Assembly: GCA_024137785.1 (NCBI GenBank)
Contig: JAHRHZ010000041.1
Coordinates: 5,531,052-5,595,051 of the forward strand
DNA from: Ginglymostoma cirratum
Lineage: Eukaryota
Direction of reading: 5' to 3'
DNA length: 64,000 nucleotides
The position numbers and the translations under genes are program-made. Shown piece by piece: positions 60,921 to 64,000 of the stretch (positions are counted from its first letter, which is position 1; the number at the start of each line of letters is the position of its first letter). The notes under the pieces are model-generated. The model saw only the letters and a list, made by a program, of their open reading frames with translations, had not been told where the DNA came from and ran no database searches.

Positions 60921-62931
60921 GCAAAGTTTGCAGTTAGAAAGCCCTGTGAATTCTCACTGCCAATTGCTTCACAACCGAATACACACGTAACTGGTGTATT
61001 CAGCAATATTTAACATCAGCACTCAGTCTCAGCACCCTCAACCTCCATTTCTCCTGCTGGATATATTAAGGTTCAATAGGTCACAAAATGTTTATAATAC
61101 GACTGCTAATTCAGTGTGTCCTTGTTAGAGGGAAGGGACACCTGGCATTTATATGGCACCTTTCACTACCTCAAGGGCCTCCCAAACAAACTGTAAACCG
61201 TAAAGTTTCTTCGAAGTGTAATCACTGTTGTAGAGAAATCCTAATTTATTCCCAACGCCTTAACCTTCTTAGTTCTTGGCCATCATACTGGTGGGCTCTT
61301 TCCTCGCAACTGCCATGTTGTGCAAGCTAGACAAACAACATCTCAGGATTAAGTATAGAGTTAAATCATTTTTGGCTGAACACCTCCCGTGTGTTTTACC
61401 CACTCTCACCCCCACCTCCTGCCATAATATGGGTTCCTTTCAGCACAGCTAACCCATTTTTCGTGCAGTCATAGTCCCCATTATCACCTTCCCTTCTGCC
61501 CTAAATTACTATGAACAATTCTTTTGTTTGCCGAACTTCTTTCCTCTCTGTCTATGGGGGCTCTGTTTCCACCAATTGCTCACTCCTACCCCTACGCTCT
61601 AAATACCTGAAGGATACTCGAAAAAGTGGAATGCTGTCCTTACAGCACAAATTTTGGTTTGATTTGATTTTATTATTTTCACATACTTATGTAAGTGAAA
61701 GGTATTGTTTTGCATGCTATCCAGGCAAATCATACCATAAGTACGTTAGAGTAATAGAACAGAACACAGAACAAAGTGTTACAACCACAGAGAAGGTGCA
61801 GAGAAAGATCAACTCTAATATATGAGACATCCATTTAAAATAGCATGTGTAAAGTGAACAAGCATTGCTAATGGGCAGAGGTAGATATGGAGACTGCAGC
61901 GATCCCTTGCTAATTCCCATATACCAGCCATTGTCCATTGGATATTGTGTCCATAGAATCTTGGCCTTGAGCCTCTTCGCCTGATGTGGTAGCATAAAAA
62001 GTTCCAAGTCTTCTTTTTTTGCTTATCATATTATCCTGTGTTAATTATTGTTATATAATGTCCTGACTAGGGATACACTGACCGGAAGTGCATCTTTTTG
62101 CTGTCCCAATTACAGTATTTAAACAATGAGAGTTAATTTTAATCAAATCCAGTATTTCTCACAGGTTGTAATCAACAACTGCGCCAGGACTAATTCCAAA
62201 ACAGTTTTCAGGCTTAATTAATTACCCGATCCAGTGATAAGGAGCAAATTAAGCTTATCTAGTAATTCCAAGGTGTAAGAGACAATAAATAATCCTGAAA
62301 ACATTGTAATGTTTCAAATTTAAATGACCTGCATTTAAAACTTTTAATTATTTCTGTTTTTAAAACTAACAAAAATAAGAATAAAACTGAACTAGACGGC
62401 TGATGGATGGACGTTGTAATTTGTGAGTGGAACAAGTTTGGAATGTGATACTGTCATTGCCTCTGCTGTTAGGGTCTGTGTTCTTATTTAAAATCCTTCA
62501 CACATTAAATGGTAGTGTACCAGAGGCCCATGCAATCAACACCTCGCCCACCAAGTCTATAAACCAAGCAGTGCATTAGGCCAATCATTCTTGCAGTACC
62601 CCAAACATACGGTATCTCCTGCCCATGGAATCCTGTCTGCTTAATGTAAGCCTCAGAGCCTCCCACTTAGAATCCTATTCAATCATACAGTGTCTCACTG
62701 CCTGTCCATTAAATACCGTGACACCCAACGCTCCCACTCCGCATCCCTCAACACCCTAACTACTCTCCTTTGTTAAAGTCAGAGTAAATTACTATGCCAG
62801 ACCTGCTGAATTTCTCCAATACTTTTTTTTCGTTTGTTGGAGATTTTCTGACCAATTGTCATTCTTCAAAAGATTTAACAAAACTTTTAGTTCCAGTGGT
62901 TCTCAGGTTCCTAAAGGGGAAGTGTAATGAT

Positions 62932-63158
62932 TGTAACAAGGTCAGCCAGGTGGACCTCATAGAATATGAGTTCTCTGATTGGGTCTGTTAATCTGGTCCA
63001 ATCAGGGAGCCCTGGCTGACAGTTAAGAACAGGAGTGTAAGACATACTGTTCACTCTGAGAGCTGGCTGTGAGGAACCTGGATCAATGTCAAGGACTCTC
63101 TATGTGTAAATAAAGGGTGACTTGGTGATAGGATACCGACCTCTGTGGAGTTATTTCA
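62932..63158 (+). mobile_element. Probable solo LTR (Gypsy-type)
   Basis: TGTAAC...ATTTCA termini; CCAAT boxes and AATAAA at ~63109; no clean TSD. Confidence 0.6.
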
Positions 63159-63565
63159 GTAATCTTGACCAATAAAGTTATCCTCAGGATTCACTATGAG
63201 TGCTGAGAAAATGTTCCTTCTCTATTTGTTTTACACTGTATTTCTGAATCTACTTTTGTTTGAGGAAGAAGGGAAGAGAGGTGCAATCTCAAGATACAGT
63301 TTATGGCTACATTATTTTCTGTACTTAAATGTTGCAATGTCCTCTGTAAGTAACATTTCGCCTCTTACATAATCCTTGATTTGTAGCAGTTATTCCCTAA
63401 GAAAGGACATGTAAACTCAGTACAGAGTAGATACAATTAAGCGTGGATAATAAACGTGAAATAACTACCAAAGGAGAAGAGAATGTAAAATGGGAACAGA
63501 AATTGCTGGAAAAGCTTAGCAGGTCTGACAGCAGCTGTAGAAAGAAAGCAGAGTTAATGTTTCAG

Positions 63566-63755
63566 AGATAGTAGGAACTGCCAATGCTGGAGAATCTGAG
63601 ATAAACGTTGTGGAGCTGGATGAACACAGCAGGCTAAGCAGCATCAGAGGAGCAGGAAAGTTGACGTTTTGGGTCGAGACCCTTCTTCACCGAAACGTCA
63701 ACTTTCCTGCTCCTCTGATGCTGCTTGGCCTGCTGTGTTCATTCAGCTCCACAAC
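63566..63755 (-). mobile_element. PLE-derived hairpin nested in an older PLE (63490-64000, minus)
   Basis: 13-bp TSD GTTAATGTTTCAG at 63553-63565 and 63756-63768. Confidence 0.88.
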
Positions 63756-64000
63756 GTTAATGTTTCAGGACCAGCAACCCTTCCTTAGAACTGATGGTAG
63801 CTGGGAAATGTGTTTTTTATGCAGAAGATAGGGTGCACGGAGGGGTTAAGGAGTAAACAATAGGTGGAGATAGAGCCCAAAGAGAGCGAAAGAACAGTTG
63901 GACAGATAAATGAGTGGATAACGGTCAGCCTGGGAGAATGAATAGCTATTAATGGCTAACAATGGATTCTGTGTCATAGCAGACCATGTGATAACAAGGC

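Noticed and set aside
62165-62271. Possible + strand exon (TTTCTCACAG|GTTG...CAAG|GTGTAAG)
   Set aside because: Weak donor, stop-rich and no homology; more like a TAAT/GATA-rich non-coding element.
52100-64000. TECTA or MPZL2/3 exons expected from human synteny
   Set aside because: No recognisable exons found.

Overview
Eukaryotic, repeat-dense genomic DNA. The repeat complement (HE1/V-SINEs, DeuSINEs, CR1 LINEs, Penelope-like elements, ~67-bp minisatellite) points to a cartilaginous fish, probably a shark. Three genes lie head-to-tail on the minus strand. (1) A complete SC5D (lathosterol oxidase): coding exons 45708-45499, 44450-44318, 43347-43247 and 42590-42144, 296 aa, with a CCAAT/GC/SRE-like CpG promoter at ~50.8-51.1 kb. 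(2) A complete 7-coding-exon JAML-like receptor (34237-19900, 288 aa): signal peptide, ONE split-exon Ig V domain, TM segment and a cytoplasmic YVTM (YxxM) motif. (3) A signal-peptide first exon (15469-15391) with a GC-rich promoter, probably SCN2B by synteny; the rest of that gene was not found in the window. A CpG-rich stretch at ~60.3-60.9 kb may be another promoter. Main observations: a 428-bp, ~99%-identical inverted copy of an SC5D coding exon plus flanking introns sits in a JAML intron, antisense to JAML, behind a SINE and inside a split CR1. The JAML-like protein has only one Ig domain. Many short hairpin-shaped Penelope-derived insertions carry minimal hammerhead-ribozyme cores and 13-15 bp target-site duplications; these include a 222-bp tandem, retrozyme-like dimer and one copy inserted into the hammerhead core of an older element. 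All exon models and repeat family names were derived by eye, without database searches; repeat boundaries are approximate.
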